DNA of 60,883 nucleotides from Negaprion brevirostris (taxonomy: Eukaryota): assembly GCA_030324005.1 (NCBI GenBank), contig JARDVH010000157.1, forward strand, positions 11,953,525 through 12,014,407, given 5' to 3'. The position numbers were made by a program, and so were the translations under genes. Positions 25,177 through 38,487 of the stretch are shown in pieces (within the stretch, counting starts at the first letter, position 1; every line of letters begins with the position of its first letter). The notes below the pieces were generated by a model. The model was not told where the DNA came from and did not search any database. It saw only the letters and a program-made list of their open reading frames with translations.

Positions 25177-27714
25177 GAGAAGTGATATAATATACTTTAT
25201 CTGTAAAGCTCATACAACCCAATGGCTACCTCAGCCAAAGTGCCCAGGAACATTAACCTCTGTATCCACATTCAGAATAAGCACTCCTGGCAGACCTGGC
25301 AGACCAACTAAGAATGAGTTGACCCTGTAGCCTTTCTCACAAAAAATAATATCATTTTCACTCCAAGGAACATTTATTATATTTGCAGTATATTGAATCA
25401 ATCCATAATACATAATGAAAAACATATAAATGTTTATTATGTGTGTATGCTTACCTAACTATGTCTTCACAATTAGTTTACATGTTCTATTAATTCAGAA
25501 TTCTTCACTAAGCATTTCAAGGAATTGAGGGAATGCACAGAAGATAGTTATTTCCTATTGGAATGCAATGTGACTGAGTCTCTGTGTGGCTTTTCAGAAA
25601 TAATCAACATGCATGAGTTAGCACTGGTCCCTCAGGATGGTGTTATATTATAATTACTGTCAGATCCCAGAATGAATCTTCACAACATACTTACTGCAGA
25701 CTAACAATTCGACAACACTTATTTTGTCTTCCAATAACAACAATCCATTAAGGATGACAGAAAACAATGTTCAATTCGGAATGCATAATTAATTGAAGAT
25801 CACCCCATAGTTGTTCAAAGATAAGAAAGTGGTTGAGGGAGGTAGCAGAGGTTGTTAGCATGAACACGCCTGTGGAATGAAAGCATCAGCCATGTATCCA
25901 GAGCATTGATTCTAAGAAATCAACTTAGTTAAAAGTGCCAAGCTTCACATATTAGTCACCATCAAAATACCATTAATGTGTTGTTTTTGCCTCATTCACT
26001 TTACCTCTCTTCTTTCCTTGTTCCAGTAATTCTTTTTTCACAGCCAACTTGTCTGTGAAATTTATAAGTTTGCTTTTCTCTCCCTGACCTCCCTGGCAAA
26101 CAAAAAATTGTGATGGATGAGGAGGTATTTAATACTTAAGTCAGTGCTTAAAAATCCTTGACTGTTAATAATTGAGACCTTAACCAAACCTAAAGCAATT
26201 TTAATAATTGACTTTTTGTATTGCTCTGAATGCTGATAGCCCAGTATCCAAAATATTCTTTACCTTTCTGTCCATTGAAAGAAATAGTGAAAAATATTTG
26301 GGAACTTGCAGGCTAGTCAGACTTCTGTTCAAACACCAGAACAACAAATCTTAGCCTTTTTAAGCTCATTCACGGTTGTGGTTGTAACTGGGTAGGCCAG
26401 CATTTAATGCCCACCTCTACTTGCCCTTGAAAAGATGGTTGTCTTTTTGAACTGCTGCAGTTCATGTGGTATAGGTATACACACAGTGTGGTTAAGGAGG
26501 GTGTTCCAGGATTTTGGAACAATGAATATATTTCCAAGTCAGAATGGCATGTGGTCTAGAGAAGAACTTCCAAATGGTGGTATTCCCATGTGTCACTGCT
26601 TTTATCCTTCTACATGGTAGCTCTTGCAGATCTGGAAGGTGCTGTGTAAGGAATATTGGTGAGTTCCCACAGTGCATCTTGTAGATGATGTATGCTGCTG
26701 CCACTCTGCATCAGTGGTGGAGGAAGTGAATGTTTGTAGATGGGACGCTAATCAAGTGGGCTGCTTTGCCCTGGATAGTGTCGAGCTTCTTAAGTATTAT
26801 TATAGTTGCACTCACTCAGGCAAATGGAGAATATTCCATCACACATCTGACCTTATAGATTGTGGACAGACTTTGGAGAGTTAAGCAGTGAGTTACTTGC
26901 CACATGATTCCTATCCTCTGGCATGTTCTTGTAGCCAAAGTATTTATATGTCGAGTGCAGTTCAGTTTCTGGCCAATGGTAATCCTCAGAATGGCGAGAC
27001 TGGGGGGATTAGTGATGGTAATGCCATTAAATGTCAAGGGGCAATGGTCAGGTTCTCTCTTGTGTCATGCGAATATTACTTGCTGGACATTGTGCAATTA
27101 TCAGCATCCCCACTTCTGACTTTATGTTGGAGATAGGATCATTGATGAAGCAACTGGAGATGGTTATGCCTGGGATGCTATCCTGAGGAGCTCCTGCAGT
27201 GATGTCCTGGTGCTGAGACTCCAAAAACCACAACCATCTTCCTTTGTGCTAGTATGATTCCAGCCAGTAGAGAGTTTTCACCTTCCTTCTCATTGGTCCC
27301 AGTTTTGCTAGAACTACTTGATGCCTGGTCAATTTTCCACATTGCCGGGTAGATGCCCAGCTGCACTGGAACAGCCTGGCTGGGGGTGTGACAAGTTCTG
27401 GAGCACACATCTTCAGTACTATTACTGGAATATTGTCAGGGTCTGTAGCCTTTGCAGTATCCAATGCCTTCAGCTGTTTCTTGGTATCACGTAGAGTGAA
27501 TCAAATTGGATGAACACTTGCATCAGTGATACTGGGGACCTCCAGAGGAGGCCTAGTTAGATCATCCACTTGGCACCTCTGGCTGAAGATTGTTGCAAAT
27601 GCTTCAGCCTTGTCATTTACACTGTGGTGCTGGATTGCCCTATCATTAAGGATGAGCATATTTATGGAACCTCCTCCTCCAGTGAATTATTTAACTGTCC
27701 ACTACCATTCATTG

Positions 27715-27885
27715 AATGGTTTCAAGGTGATAGATATATTTCTAATAAAATAAAGGGATAAAGGGATATGGGGAACAGGTGGGAGAGGTTTTGAGACAAG
27801 AGAGAAATCAGCCATGATCTGACTGAATGGCAGAGCAGTTTCAAAGGGCTGAATTTGTCTACTTCTGCTCCTAATTCCTACGTTC
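27715..27885 (+). mobile_element. CR1/HER1 3' fragment nested in family-B LINE
   Basis: GATAGATATATT...ATCAGCCATGATCTGACTGAATGGCAGAGCAG tail. Confidence 0.75.
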
Positions 27886-28477
27886 CTCTTCACAACGGGA
27901 TGTGGCAGGACTGCAAAACTTAGATCTGATCCGTTGGTTGTGGAACCACTTAGCTCTGCCTATCACTTGCTGTTTCTGTTCTTTGGTATGCAAATGTTGT
28001 AGCTTCATTAAGCTGTCCCCTCATTTTAGGCATCTTGGTATTGTTCCTGGCATGCCCTCCTGCACTCTTCATTGAACCAGGGTTGATCCCCGGCTTGGTA
28101 TTAATATTAGAGTGAGGAAAATGTCAGGCTATGAGATTACATTTCATGGTTGAATACAATTTTGCTGCTGCTGCCTTATGGTTGCCCAGTCTTGAGTTGC
28201 TAGATCTGTTCAAAGTCTATCCCTCTTAGGTCAGTGTAGTGCTACACAACACAATGGAGGGTATCCTCATTGTGAAGATGATACTTTGTCTCCGCAAGGA
28301 CTGTATAGTGGTCACTCCCATCAATACTGTGAGGTACAGATGCATCCTTGACAGACACATTGGTGAGGATGAAGTCAAGTACATTCTGTTCTCTTGTTGG
28401 TTTCCTTACCACATGCAGCAGACTCAATCTAGTAGCTATGGCCCTTATGCTACCAGGCACTCTTGATGATGAACACT

Positions 28478-28655
28478 GAAGTCCAAAGATGTGCAGGTTA
28501 GGTGAATTAGCCATTCTAAATGGCCCCTTAGTGTTCCAAGATGTGTAGGTTGGATGGATTAGCCATGGTAAATGGGTTAGAGGGATAGGTGAGGGAGAGG
28601 ACTTGGGTAAGATACCTTGTCAAAGAGTCAGTGCACCGTATGGATACTATAATTC
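28478..28655 (+). mobile_element. HE1 SINE 3' half nested in family-B LINE
   Basis: GTCCAAAGATGTGCAGGTTAGGTGAATTAGCCAT V-domain. Confidence 0.75.
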
Positions 28656-29601
28656 TAAATTCCCCACCCAGAGTACATTCTGTGCCCTTGTTACCCTTAG
28701 TCTTCCTCCAGGTGGAGGTCTGAAATCAATGTTGAGGACTCCCAAAGCAACTCCCTCCTGACTGTATACCACTATGCCACCACTTCTTCTGAGTCTGTCC
28801 TGCTGGTGGTGATGGTGATGTCTGGGACATTACCTCTAAAACGTGATTTGGTAAGTATGACTACGTCAGGCTGCTGCTTGACTAGTCCGTGAGACAACTC
28901 TCCCAATTTTGGTATAAGCCCTCAGACGTTAGCACAGAGTTGATGAAGCTGAGCCAGCCATTGTCATTTCCAGTGCCTAGGTTGATGGTGGGTGGTCTGT
29001 CCAGTTTTGTTATTCATTGAATTGTTCTTGACACAAGTGAGTGGCTTGCTAGGCCATTTCAGAGGGCTTTTAAGAGTCAACCACTTTGCCTTGAGCCTGG
29101 AGTCACATGTGGGCCAAACCAAGTGAGGACAGCAGATTTCCTTCTTGAAGAACATTAATGAACCAGATAGATTTTTACGACAATCAACAATGGTTTCATG
29201 GTCATCGTACTTTCAATTACAGATATTTATTGAATTCAAGTTCTCCCATCTGCCTTGGTGGATTCAAACCTGACTCTCTAGAGAATTAGCCTGGGCCTCT
29301 GGATCAATAGTCCAGTGACAATACTGCTATCCCACTGACCCCCCACAGTTGTGAATGGGTGTGCAAGGAGATGGGGTGGGAAAGGATAAAGAATGCATCA
29401 GGTTCATCTGTGATGCATTTCTCCACCATTGTTTGCTGGAGCAGACGAGTGAAGGAGCAGAGAGACAGATAAGAAATTACCTGTTAAAAACCTGTTTAAA
29501 TNNNNNNNNNNNNNNNNNNNNNNNNNNNNNNNNNNNNNNNNNNNNNNNNNNNNNNNNNNNNNNNNNNNNNNNNNNNNNNNNNNNNNNNNNNNNNNNNNNN
29601 N

Positions 29602-29674
29602 CTTATTGAATGGCGGGGCAGGCTCGAAGGGCTAGATGGCCTACTCCTGCTCCTATTTCTTATGTTCTTATGTT
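29602..29674 (+). mobile_element. Young CR1/HER1 3' end next to a gap
   Basis: GAATGGCGGGGCAGGCTCGAAGGGCTAGATGGCCTACTCCTGCTCC(TTCTTATG)n. Confidence 0.85.
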
Positions 29675-30299
29675 CAGACTCAAATTTCTCATATTCCATA
29701 TTTATCATTATGCAAGGAAAATGACCAACTGGATGAAGTACGCAAACGCCAAATGACCATGAATCCCAGAAAAAGCTGGTATCTGGTGAAGGTTGGGGGT
29801 GGAAATTTCAGCATTTTTATAAATCTCACAAAAGTATCATCCAGAAACCTTGGGCATTTTTGAGCCGAGTAAACTATGTAAGGGCCACATTGATAGCAGA
29901 GTTCTGGCTCTTCTGACTGATGCTTAACAGCCTGTTAAAAATTATTCTGTAAATGTATTCCCTTTCACAAAGAATTTATGATTTTGTAACTTCAGCCAAG
30001 AATCACATGAAATGGGATGTTGTGTTTGTCTTATGAATATCCTCTTAAATCCTTAAAAGATCTCGTAAAAAATAAACTCTGACCCATTAAATGAAAAGCT
30101 CTTCCTTGTGTTTTAGGGATCATTTTTGATGATTGTGATTAGATTACCAACATTGCTGGGTTTCATTTTGCCTGAAAATTGATATTATGCATTTACTTCC
30201 TACTTTTTCTGCATATGTTGGCCAGGGTATGGTTCCAGACATGTATGCATCATCCAGCACTTTGGTCAAATAACTATGCTTTATGAGTGAGCATGGAAA

Positions 30300-30491
30300 G
30301 TTTTGAATCAGGCTATTTAACTTAGTGAGGAGTCACTATAGTCAAGCACTGTCTTGTCCTCAGTCGATTTGTGTCAGCGCGTGTAACATGCATACACAGA
30401 CACTCACTCAACAGAAACATTCGTTAGCAACCAGGAGCGGGAGCTCAGGGTGATTTTCCCCCTCCCTCATTCAGAGTACTGGAGCTAATTG
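30300..30491 (-). mobile_element. Ancient AmnSINE2-like SINE remnant
   Basis: CAGGAGCGGGAGCTCAGGGTGATTTTCCCCCTCCCT resembles reversed AmnSINE2 as recalled. Confidence 0.5.
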
Positions 30492-30714
30492 NNNNNNNNN
30501 NNNNNNNNNNNNNNNNNNNNNNNNNNNNNNNNNNNNNNNNNNNNNNNNNNNNNNNNNNNNNNNNNNNNNNNNNNNNNNNNNNNNNNNNNNNTAATGCTAT
30601 AATTTATAAAAATAAAAGTTGAAAGGGGACGCAAACTCTATACACTGACTAGGAAATTGTACAGTATTTGTCTGAACATTGGGATGGTTGTGTATTCACT
30701 AATTAAAAGTATCC

Positions 30715-31130
30715 TGAATGGACTACACCTTGATATGTGGTCAGTTTGGGTCACCAAGAAATAAAGCAAAGCATAGAGGTAAGTTACAAAGCTGATCCTG
30801 ATCATGAAGTAATTGGGTTACATGAAGAAACTGGGCTGTTTAGCTTTGAAAAGAGGACACCCTAAGATGTAAACAAAACCTTAGACTTTACAAATATTAT
30901 ATTAAAGTATGTGCACTCAAGAAGAAAAATATATCAGCTAAAACTGATGAAAGAACAATTTACGTTTGAAGTCAGGAAGAACTTGCGAAGTATTCAATAC
31001 CTGAAAAAGTCTTCTTGGTAGAGTGATGGGAATGAAACAGATTTATTTAAGCAATCTAGATGACGTAATGGAAGGGGAAGGTGTGGTAAATGTAAGCTTT
31101 TTAAATTCTTGTTCAAATTAAATTGACTTC
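30715..31130 (+). mobile_element. Old CR1 3' remnant
   Basis: Decayed PHL-Y-VQFWSP and LGLFSFEKR motifs. Confidence 0.55.
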
Positions 31131-31544
31131 ATGGATTCCTTTCAACTCTATCTATCTTGCAATTTTAATCTCAATTGATTGCTCCTTGACTCAGATATCA
31201 AGTCATCAGCTATCAACATATGAACTGGTCTATGTTCAGCAGCAAAGCTGGCAAGCTGAAACCACAATGAATAAGAACATGGGAACATTGATATGACCAT
31301 TTACCAATCCTACCCATCCTTTCAGCAGATAACTGATTGAATGTGGGTTCTACTTTTAATTTCTAGAAAAGAAACATTTTATCCCTGTCAAAATAACAAA
31401 CTGTTAAGTATTATCCAATCTTAGATCCTGCATTATTGTCTCCAATTAACTATCTCCCTTGAGAGCTTAGGGATCCATATGTCCCACAAACCATTTGACC
31501 AGCTATACATATACTTACTTCCATATGTTGAAAATTGTGCATGT

Positions 31545-33190
31545 CATTCCATTATTTGGCAATTGTGAGAATACAAAACCAGAGAATTATAAATCAGTTC
31601 GCCTAATAACGTCAGGGAATTGCTCAAGTCTACAATGAAGGATAGAATGACTGAATATCTTGAAAATTTTGAGCTGATCAGAAAGAGCCAGCATAGATTT
31701 GTAAAGGTTGGATTGTATCCGACAAACATAATCAAAGTTTTTGAAGAAGTGCCTAGAGTCTTGGACAGGAGATGTCTATAATTGTTATTTATATGAACTT
31801 ACAAGCACTTAATATTGTCCCATGTGACCTGCACTGGGGCCTTTACTTTCACCACATTTATTAAATATTTAGATGATGGGAGAGAAAGGCACATATCCAA
31901 ATCTGCTGATGACAAAGATATGTGGCATTGTAAGCAATGTAAATGGTAACATAAAATTATAAAGAACTATTTATAAATTAATTGAATGGACAAAAGTTTG
32001 CCAAATTAATTTCAATGTTGATAAATGTGAAGTTATAGAATTTGGACAGAAAAAGTATATAACGTTTTCCAAACGTCGCTGGATTCCGGGGAAGTGCCGG
32101 AAGATTGGAAAACGGCTAATGTTACACCGTTGTTTAAGAAGNNNNNNNNNNNNNNNNNNNNNNNNNNNNNNNNNNNNNNNNNNNNNNNNNNNNNNNNNNN
32201 NNNNNNNNNNNNNNNNNNNNNNNNNNNNNNNNNNNNNNNNNGACAGATCAGCCATGATCTTATTGAATGGCGGGGCAGGCTCGAGGGGCTAGATGGCCTA
32301 CTCCTGCTCCTATTTCTTCTGTTCTTATGTTCTTATGTTCTTCTAACAGACTTTTTTTAAAAGATGAAAAACTAGAAACAGAGGATATCCAGAGGCCTGG
32401 GGTTGATGTACATAGATCATTAAAATGTTGTGATCAGGTGCAGAAAACAATCAAAAAGATTAATGGAATCATGACCTTTATATTCAGAGGTCTGGAATAC
32501 AAGGGGATAATGTTAAGTTACAGCTATAGAAACTATTAGTCAGACCCCACCTGGAGTTCTGTGAGAAGTTCTGGGCGCCGCACCTTAACTTAGTTAGATT
32601 CATTGGCTATGTTAAATTCTCCCTCAGTGCACACAAACAGGTGCTGGGGTGTGGTGACTAGGTGATTTTCTCAGTAACTTCATTGCAATGTTAATGTAGG
32701 CCGAATTGTGACACTAACAAATAAACTTTAAAATTTTTGTAAGGATACGTTTGCCTTGGAGGGAGTGCAACGTAAAATTACCAGAATGATGCCTAAAATA
32801 CAAAGATTAAAACAGAGGAGAGTTATACAAAGTAGGGTTGCATTCCCTGGAATTTAGAATTGATTTAATCAGAGTTTTTAAGTTAATAAGGGAAATTGAT
32901 AAGGTGGATAAAGAGAAACTAGTTCTCCTGGTATGAACATGGAGCATAGTTTAAAGGACTGAAATTAGGAAATAGTTCTACACACAAAGAACGATTGATG
33001 CTTGTAACTCTCTTCCACAAATGGCAGTTAATGCTAGATCAATTGTTAATTTTAAAGCTGAGGTTAATGGATTTTTTGTTAAACAAAGGCACTAAGGATA
33101 TGGAGCAAAGGCGGGTATATGGAGGAAGGTCACAGATCGGCCATGATTACATTGAAAGGCAGGCTTGAGGTGCTAAATAGTTCCTATGTT
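31545..33190 (+). mobile_element. CR1 LINE RT to 3' end with a young CR1 (32062-32342) and a V-SINE tail (32595-32730) nested
   Basis: ISKSADD, INFNVDKCEV, LVRPHLEFCEKFWAP; young insert PEDWKTANVTPLFKK + gap + tail. Confidence 0.85.
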
Positions 33191-33469
33191 GTATTAACTG
33201 CTGCTTTAAGAAAACAAATACGAGAAGAAATGACCCATCAATGTTTGCTCATCAAAGGGCAAAAGTTAATCATTATTGTTGTTCTAAGGATAGAAATACT
33301 GGTCTGAAAATGTTCAGCGGTTCTCCACTTTAACATTTTTAACAAAATCAGTGCAGATGTCATGAGCAGAATTGTACAGTGTTTGAATCCAGCCACACCT
33401 TGGAAACACAGTTCAAGTTGGTTATCAACACAGAATGAATCATTTGAATTATGGAGCCCTGAAGAGATG

Positions 33470-33860
33470 CAAAAGGCTGACCCCACATTGCAGTAGATCG
33501 AGTTAATAGAAAATATTGGAAAAACTGGGCCTTTCTAACTGAACAGTGATAACTGAGGGGAAATTACAGAAGTATACAAGATATTAAATTGCATAAAACA
33601 GGTAAACCTTGAATACTATTTTAAGGTAAGCCAATAAGGGAGACACAAGTTAAAACTGGTGAAAAGACAATTTAGGATGATGTCAGAAAGATTATCTTTT
33701 TGCAAAGAGTGACCAACAATTGGAGGTGTATACTACTTACAGAAGTATAGGTGAAAACAGATTCATTCAATACACAAATTAGATGATATAATGTAGGAAT
33801 TCTAGGTAACTTTTTCCTAGATGGATGAGCTAAGCTTGGCTGAATGGCTTTCTTTGTTTA
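33470..33860 (+). mobile_element. Old CR1 3' remnant
   Basis: Decayed LEKLGLS, EVYKILN motifs and tail GGATGAGCTAAGCTTGGCTGAATGGC. Confidence 0.55.
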
Positions 33861-34669
33861 TCTTGTATCCATTCTTTTGATACTTCCTGCTATTTCCTCA
33901 TTCTAATCCATTCTTCCCAAGATTACAGAGCTCCTCTTTTATATTGAATAGAGTAACTGAACATTCTGAGACTGGCACAAGCAAAGTTGAGTTATCATTC
34001 ACAGTAAAGACGAGCAAGCTCAAACTTTTCTGACATGTGACTGAATAGTTACCACTAATTGCTTTTGTATGAAGCAAACAATTCAGACTTAGTTTTTATT
34101 TTCCCCCCTCCTCCAAGCTCCTGCTTGGTTCTTGGTAAAAAATTATAAACAGGATACAATTAATACACCAAGTTGACAGGGTTTGACAGTAAAACAATGA
34201 AAACTTCAGATTCCGGGGTACGAACAATCTAAATTTTAGTTATGTTATAAGTGTTCTCGAAGTTCAATACTTAGGATATTCCCTTTTGAAGAAGTGCTAT
34301 AGGCAGGGATTAATCTATCAATATGTAGCAAGTAGTACGAAACTAGTTCCACTTCCTCAGATAATGCCAACTATAGAACATCCACTGTGTTCTCAACTTC
34401 TCAGAAGAAACTACATATGGGTTGCTTGGATGAAGTTCATTTTTGGAATAAAATATGCTTGAACTGGAAAATACACTTAAGTGTTCATTCTGGCCTGTAG
34501 TGTGAAGTGTCTTCACATTCTTTTTTCATTTGAGGCATTATGCAGATATGTTTGTTGTTGTAATTGTGGTGTTAGATTTTTCTGGTTACTAGTAGGGAGA
34601 CCACTGTCTGGTTTTCAAGTGATCAAGGATCAACAGATCAGTAACCTTTGGCCATTGAAATGTGAATAG

Positions 34670-34810
34670 CATAGCTCCAGTTTCTGATCACATTGCTGGG
34701 GAGAGAGCTATAACTTGAATCTCACACTACATCTATCCAAAGAACAGAAAAACAGACTGCAGAAATTTTGAAAGCCCTGAAGACACATTTTGAACCCCAA
34801 GGGAATGTGT
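34670..34810 (+). mobile_element. Gypsy gag fragment
   Basis: ATCTATCCAAAGAACAGAAAAACAGACTGCAGAAATTTTGAAAGC...GACACATTTTGAA matches 40465-40535. Confidence 0.7.
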
Positions 34811-35074
34811 GTAGATTGATTAGTGTGAGCTGTCCTGTCTCAATATGGACAAGTCTGTTTCATTAATGCATGTAATAGTTTACTTTTTAAATACCATCCC
34901 ACTGTCCTGATCTTGAACTCAAAGCCAATTGTGTAGTCTGAGCAATATGTAGGTCCAACCCTGTTTGATTATAGTGGGTCTGCAATGGAATATCATTGTC
35001 AAATTTATACCTCACATTGGAATTGCCAACTTGGTTTTGCAATGCAAGCTGTGACTTTGGGGATTGCTAGTAAA

Positions 35075-35310
35075 TCATAGAACATAGAACACTACAGCAC
35101 AAACAGGCCCTTCGGCCCACAAGTTGCACGTATCATATCCATANNNNNNNNNNNNNNNNNNNNNNNNNNNNNNNNNNNNNNNNNNNNNNNNNNNNNNNNN
35201 NNNNNNNNNNNNNNNNNNNNNNNNNNNNNNNNNNNNNNNNNNNGATTGAATGGTGGGGTGGACTGGATGGGCTGAGTGTCCTAATTCTTCTCCTTTGTCT
35301 TACGGTCTTA
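35075..35310. mobile_element. Two CR1 3' ends (minus, then plus) flanking a gap
   Basis: CATAGAACATAGAACACTACAGCAC..GGCCCTTCGGCCC and GATTGAATGGTGG..GGGCTGAGTG..CTAATTCT. Confidence 0.7.
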
Positions 35311-35446
35311 TCTGAAAGATGGATTCCTCAGCAGTACAGCACTCCACAGATGTGCCAGCATAGATTGTGTTCCCACGTGTCCAGAATAAGGCTTCAACAT
35401 ACATCCTGCTGCCTCAGGTGGAAATCACTGAGCCTCAACTGACACC
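35311..35446 (-). mobile_element. SacSINE1-like SINE 5' remnant
   Basis: CTGAAAGATGG..CAGTACAGCACTCC...CACTGAGCC.CA.CTGACAC. Confidence 0.5.
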
Positions 35447-35688
35447 TTAACTTGTTGAAAAGCTTTGTTTAGGAAAGTTAAAAGGAGGAGATGGAGAATA
35501 ACAAACAAGCAGAAGAGGAGGGGCAGGGACACCAAAGCATTGACAATCCATGATTGTGCTGTGCCACAATAACAGTAACAGAGCAGGCTTTCCTCTTTGT
35601 TACATCTCCAATTGCCTGTAGTAACCAGGTCCCGGCAATTTGAATGTAGTGCACGAGAACCTTAACAGACTAAGTGCAGCTGTGGTAC

Positions 35689-35703
35689 CCACTAGATGGC
35701 GGC
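35689..35703 (+). promoter_or_regulatory. CTCF-like motif
   Basis: CCACTAGATGGCGGC fits the CTCF core consensus, in locally CpG-retaining unique DNA. Confidence 0.5.
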
Positions 35704-36529
35704 ATTGTTAGGCAGACACAAGTCCAGTGGCAGTCCGTCCACCCGACAAATAATGGAGCTGTTAGCCAGAAGAACAGTCCTTCTCAACGTAGCTAATTGT
35801 TTTGTGACCAGCTATTATAAAGAAGCCAGCTTTTCTGTACATGATAAATCCCGTTTGTATGATTCAAATGCATCACACTCAAGAACAGCCAACCTTCATC
35901 CTTCCAAGAAACATTGGCGGAGGGAAAATGGGAAAATGACCTGGTATAAGCAGTCGTGCAATAAATTCTGACTCTGCTAGACTCAACCGCCCTTGATAAT
36001 GATTCTACAACGGCTTAAGAAAGCATTTGGGACCTGAGTGTATCCTTAAATCGTTGTCTGAAAAGAAATGCTCATTTTAATAATGTTGCGTCAATATTGC
36101 AGCAATAAATTTTTTTTTCATTTTTGTTAGGATTCACAAGAAGTGAACATTGAAAAGTTTAAAAATGTCCAGTTCACAGAGATTGATGTTTTGCTGAATC
36201 TGTTGATAGTCTAAGGCTAACATTGTTTTATATCAGTTGGTTAAAATATCCTGTAGGTCATTTTGCTGTTTGGAGATTAGACATTCGGTCTCCCCTCTCT
36301 CAGTATATTGATGGTCATTTTTTTTTCAGGAAGCCTACTTGCCCCAAACACGCTTGGAAACAAATTGTTGCATTTCAAGGCTGTGTCAAATTGGGATCAA
36401 ATCTGAAGATTTCTTATCACTGTGCACAGATTGATGAATTTACGTTTGTGGTTCTGCAGATTAACTCTGTAAGAAAAGCTATAAGATTGAAAAGTTGTAA
36501 TGGTGAAGATGTTCTGACAATCTATAGAT

Positions 36530-38090
36530 ACTTAGAGGTCAATGATCAGATCCTGACATGGTTAACAATGTAGTCAATGCTTGGTGATCAGCATGGAGAA
36601 TGAGCTTCCTGCCATTGAGATTTATGCCAATGTTCTGAAGCATAGATGCAGACAACTGCTTCTAGCTCACCAGTAGAATATTCACATTCAGTTTCCTACA
36701 TGATGCACTTCCTTCAATGTACTGTGAGAGAACAACTCCAATTACATTTCCTGACACATCTGTTGTGACATATGTTTCTCCATGTGGTTTGAAATGTGTA
36801 AGGGCTGGCAAAGGTGCTATCTTCACCTTCAACATTTTAAACAGTTTCCTGCGTGATTGGCCAGTGCTATTGTGTTTCTTTGCACAGTAGGTTCCAAAGA
36901 GGCTCTGTGTTCTTAAGAGTGAATTTGTGATAAAAGGCATTAGTACCAAGGAATGATAGTGTCAGACGTGCATGAATGGCTTTGACTTTGCCATGTACAG
37001 GCTTTACTCTAACTGCTCTGAATCCTATCAAACATATCAGATTCAACTGCCAAATTTATGGCTTTTTTTCCCCCAAGGTTGAATTATGATCACCCATGAG
37101 AAGGTGTTCCCCACTTCAAAGAATTGCAATCCTTTTAATAAGTTTGTCAAAAATTAGATTATTGGTTATTGTGCTAAATTTACATTTCAGATTCCAGTTA
37201 CCAGAACGCTGTTTAATGGACATACCATTTCCCTTGCATCTCTGACAGAATGCATATTGTTTAAGCACCTCTTTTTTTTGGCTTGTAGTATTTTAGAAAG
37301 TACTCACTGTGCTTTCTAACATGTCTCTGTGAACTTCTCAAATATTCATTGGCCTCTGCTCCAATACACTAAATGAGTATTTCCTTCTCATGAATCACTG
37401 CTACATCCAGACTGTCCATCCCTTCAAGTAGGTCTTGAATCATGAAATCCTTCACTTCCTTGTCGGGGGTGGGGGTGGGGGAGGGGTCATAAGTTAACCT
37501 TGAAAACAAAAAGTCACAAACTTGGCAGTTGAATCCAAAGTTTATTTATTAGTCACAAGTAAGGCTTACATTAACACTGCAATGAAGTTACTGTGAAATT
37601 CCCCTAGTTGCCACACTCTGGCATCTGTTCAGGTCAACGCATCTAACCAGCACACTTTTCAGAATATGGGAGGAAACCAGAGCACACGAAGGAAACCCAC
37701 ACAGGCATGGGGAGAATGTGCAAAATCCACACAGACAGTGACCCAAGCCAGGAACTGAACCTGGGTCCCTGGTGCTGTGAAGCAACTGTACTAACCACTG
37801 TGCTACCATGCCATCCGATATGTTTGACGCAAAGAGATTACACCCTGAGACACACACCCAGACTCAAGATCATAGGTACAGCTTCCACAACCAGCAAAAT
37901 TGCAAGGCTTCTGAACAAAGAGTCCTTAACAGTCTCATTAATACATGTCCCATCATTGTCAGATACTTTAAAAACTGCCCAAATTGCAGAGGTCAATGTT
38001 TTACTTGCCATTGTCCAGCTTGAGGGAAAAAGTGTAATTGTGTTCAATATGGAATAATTTTCCATTTCATATACTGCCAAAGAAAGAAAT
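36530..38090 (-). mobile_element. Heavily decayed Gypsy pol remnant
   Basis: RNase H-like ALTHFKPHGETYVTTDVSGNVIGVVLSQ (36662-36949); outer limits uncertain. Confidence 0.6.
37538..37815 (-). mobile_element. V-SINE variant with non-HER1 tail, full length
   Basis: Head GGCATGGTAGCACAGTGGTTAG; tail GTAAGCCTTACTTGTGACTAATAAATAAAC. Confidence 0.85.
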
Positions 38091-38487
38091 GGTGTTGGAG
38101 ATGGTAAATTTAAACTTTCCCCCCCATCACCCCTTTTGCCATTGTGTTATATAATTTATACCTCAGAGCTATGCAGAGGTGATACACTACCTTATAATAT
38201 GTATTCACATTGCTTTAAAATGTCTGCTCCATGCTTACCACATTGTTTCGTGCTGCTTCTACAGTTTGCTTACTTTTCCCTGAGTTCACACCCAGGCTTA
38301 ACTAATCAAGTATGATAAGCAACAGACTCACATAATCAAACACAGAACAATTAAACACATCAACAAAGCAAGTAATTGTGAACTATTTCAATTATCTTAA
38401 ACCATGCTACAATTCAGAATAATAACAATGCACAGAACATTATGTAATATTGCACACTTGAGCAGGCCCCAATCTGCATTACTAGGA

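Larger units (their letters stand above)
26355..29344 (-). mobile_element. Family-B LINE, near full length, decayed, with tRNA-like 5' head
   Basis: Endonuclease tail (PTREQNVLDFILTN, SDHYTV), KATDPDNIP, RT remnants; 5' end carries A-box/B-box-like motifs. Confidence 0.8.
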
